Positions 63,072-64,000 of a DNA stretch of 64,000 nucleotides are shown here, piece after piece (the stretch's first letter is position 1; each line of letters begins with the position of its first letter). A program made the translations under genes and the position numbers. Source of the DNA: a virus (lineage: Duplodnaviria; Caudoviricetes); IMG/VR virus record IMGVR_UViG_3300010163_001518, positions 1 through 64,000 of that record. The stretch is one strand, 5' to 3'. The notes below the pieces were generated by a model. It saw only the letters and a program-made list of their open reading frames with translations, made no database searches and was not told the origin of the DNA.

Positions 63072-64000
63072 CTAAAACGGCAGCTCAGAGTCGGCCCGGC
63101 CCGGCCGGCCGGCTGCAGCTGCGGCATGGTTTGCCGCCTTGATCTTCTTCCCCTGATCCACCAGGCGGCGCTGGATGTCTCCGCCGCCCGGGGCCGGGGC
63201 GTCTACTGCGGACTCGTAAAAGCGCTGATGCGTCCCGTCAAATACGGCATAGATCATCCCCCGGGTGCCCTCTTTGTTTTTGGCCACCTTCAGGATCCGC
63301 CGGCTGTCTTGATCATCGGGGGCCTCCAGATAAAGCAGCAGGATGGCGTCCGCGTCCTGCTCGATCTGCCCGGACTCCCGCAGGTTCGACATCGAGGGGG
63401 AGACTTCGTCGCCTCCCTTGGTCCGCTCCGCACGGGACAGCTGAGACAGCGCGACCACCGTGATTCCGTTCCCCTGCGCCAGCTGGTGCAGGGAGATGCT
63501 GATCCGGGCCACCTCTTCCTGACGGTTGAAGTTCCTGGTCTGTGGCTCGATCAGCTGTAAGTAATCCACAAAAATAACCTGGTATCGGTGGGCGACAGCG
63601 TCTGCCTGGATGTCGGCCACCGTCCATTTTGCCGCCTCGATCAAGTGCAGCGGAGGCTGACTGGCCGCCTCGCTGCGCTGGGCCGCCCGTTTCCACTGCT
63701 CCTCCGAGATCTCGCCGCGCTTGATGTTCCCCATCGGGATCTCAAACAGATCTGCAAACAGCCGGTCCGCAAGCTTGTTCCGGTTGGTCTCCAGGCTGTA
63801 AAAGCCCACGCGGTAGGTCTGCGCCAAATGCCAAGCAAAATTGATGGCCAGCGCCGTCTTGCCGGCGGAACTGTACCCGCCCAGCACCAGCATGTCCCCC
63901 AGCTCGATGTACAGCATCTTGTCCAGCTTTGGCATGCCCCAGCTCAGATAGGTGTGCGGGCTGCTGTGGCGCTCGAAAAAGCTCATGACTGCCCCCTGCA
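63072..64000 (-). CDS. dnaB: Replicative DNA helicase (3' part; starts beyond window)
   Basis: GGYSSAGKT, IFVDYLQL, ALSQLSR, LRESGQIEQDAD motifs. Confidence 0.93.
   Translation of the reverse strand, partial: QGAVMSFFERHSSPHTYLSWGMPKLDKMLYIELGDMLVLGGYSSAGKTALAINFAWHLAQTYRVGFYSLETNRNKLADRLFADLFEIPMGNIKRGEISEEQWKRAAQRSEAASQPPLHLIEAAKWTVADIQADAVAHRYQVIFVDYLQLIEPQTRNFNRQEEVARISISLHQLAQGNGITVVALSQLSRAERTKGGDEVSPSMSNLRESGQIEQDADAILLLYLEAPDDQDSRRILKVAKNKEGTRGMIYAVFDGTHQRFYESAVDAPAPGGGDIQRRLVDQGKKIKAANHAAAAAGRPGRADSELPF

Larger units (their letters stand above)
37007..64000 (-). mobile_element. tRNA-integrated temperate prophage (HK97-type head, Xkd-type contractile tail); continues beyond right edge
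   Basis: Contiguous replication, packaging, head, tail and lysis genes ending at the tRNA fragment. Confidence 0.93.

Noticed and set aside
1-64000. CRISPR array, rRNA, complete tRNA or IS element
   Set aside because: No regularly spaced repeats, rRNA-like sequence, full cloverleaf or IS transposase seen.

Overview
Two unrelated prophages, both read mainly on the minus strand, flank about 2 kb of host DNA. Gene content suggests a high-GC Firmicute of the Oscillospiraceae type (inference). (1) Positions 1 to ~34,934 are a Mu-like transposable, contractile-tailed prophage: repressor, early genes, MuA/MuB, Gam, GemA, Mor, lysis, head and tail genes. It ends at the left window edge in a diversity-generating retroelement (avd, TR, RT, then target). 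TR and VR are 94 nt and differ at 14 positions, all TR adenines. The VR lies inside the target gene, and avd carries a +1 frameshift. The early operon encodes a circularly permuted C5 DNA methyltransferase with a second protein nested in another frame. (2) Host island: a TVP38/VTT gene whose 3' end runs into the Mu end, a 28-aa small ORF, tspO, and the 3' end of a tRNA (att site). (3) Positions ~37,007 to >64,000 are a tRNA-integrated prophage with an HK97-type head and a PBSX/Xkd-type contractile tail. It carries DnaB, ParA/ParB and an HUH Rep. It also has four 17-bp palindromes (parS candidates), a YefM-YoeB module inserted between holin and endolysin inside 127-bp direct repeats, a 35-aa membrane-peptide moron, and a sigma-like regulator where the tail fibre gene should be. 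Product names come from motifs and synteny read by eye; no database searches were run.
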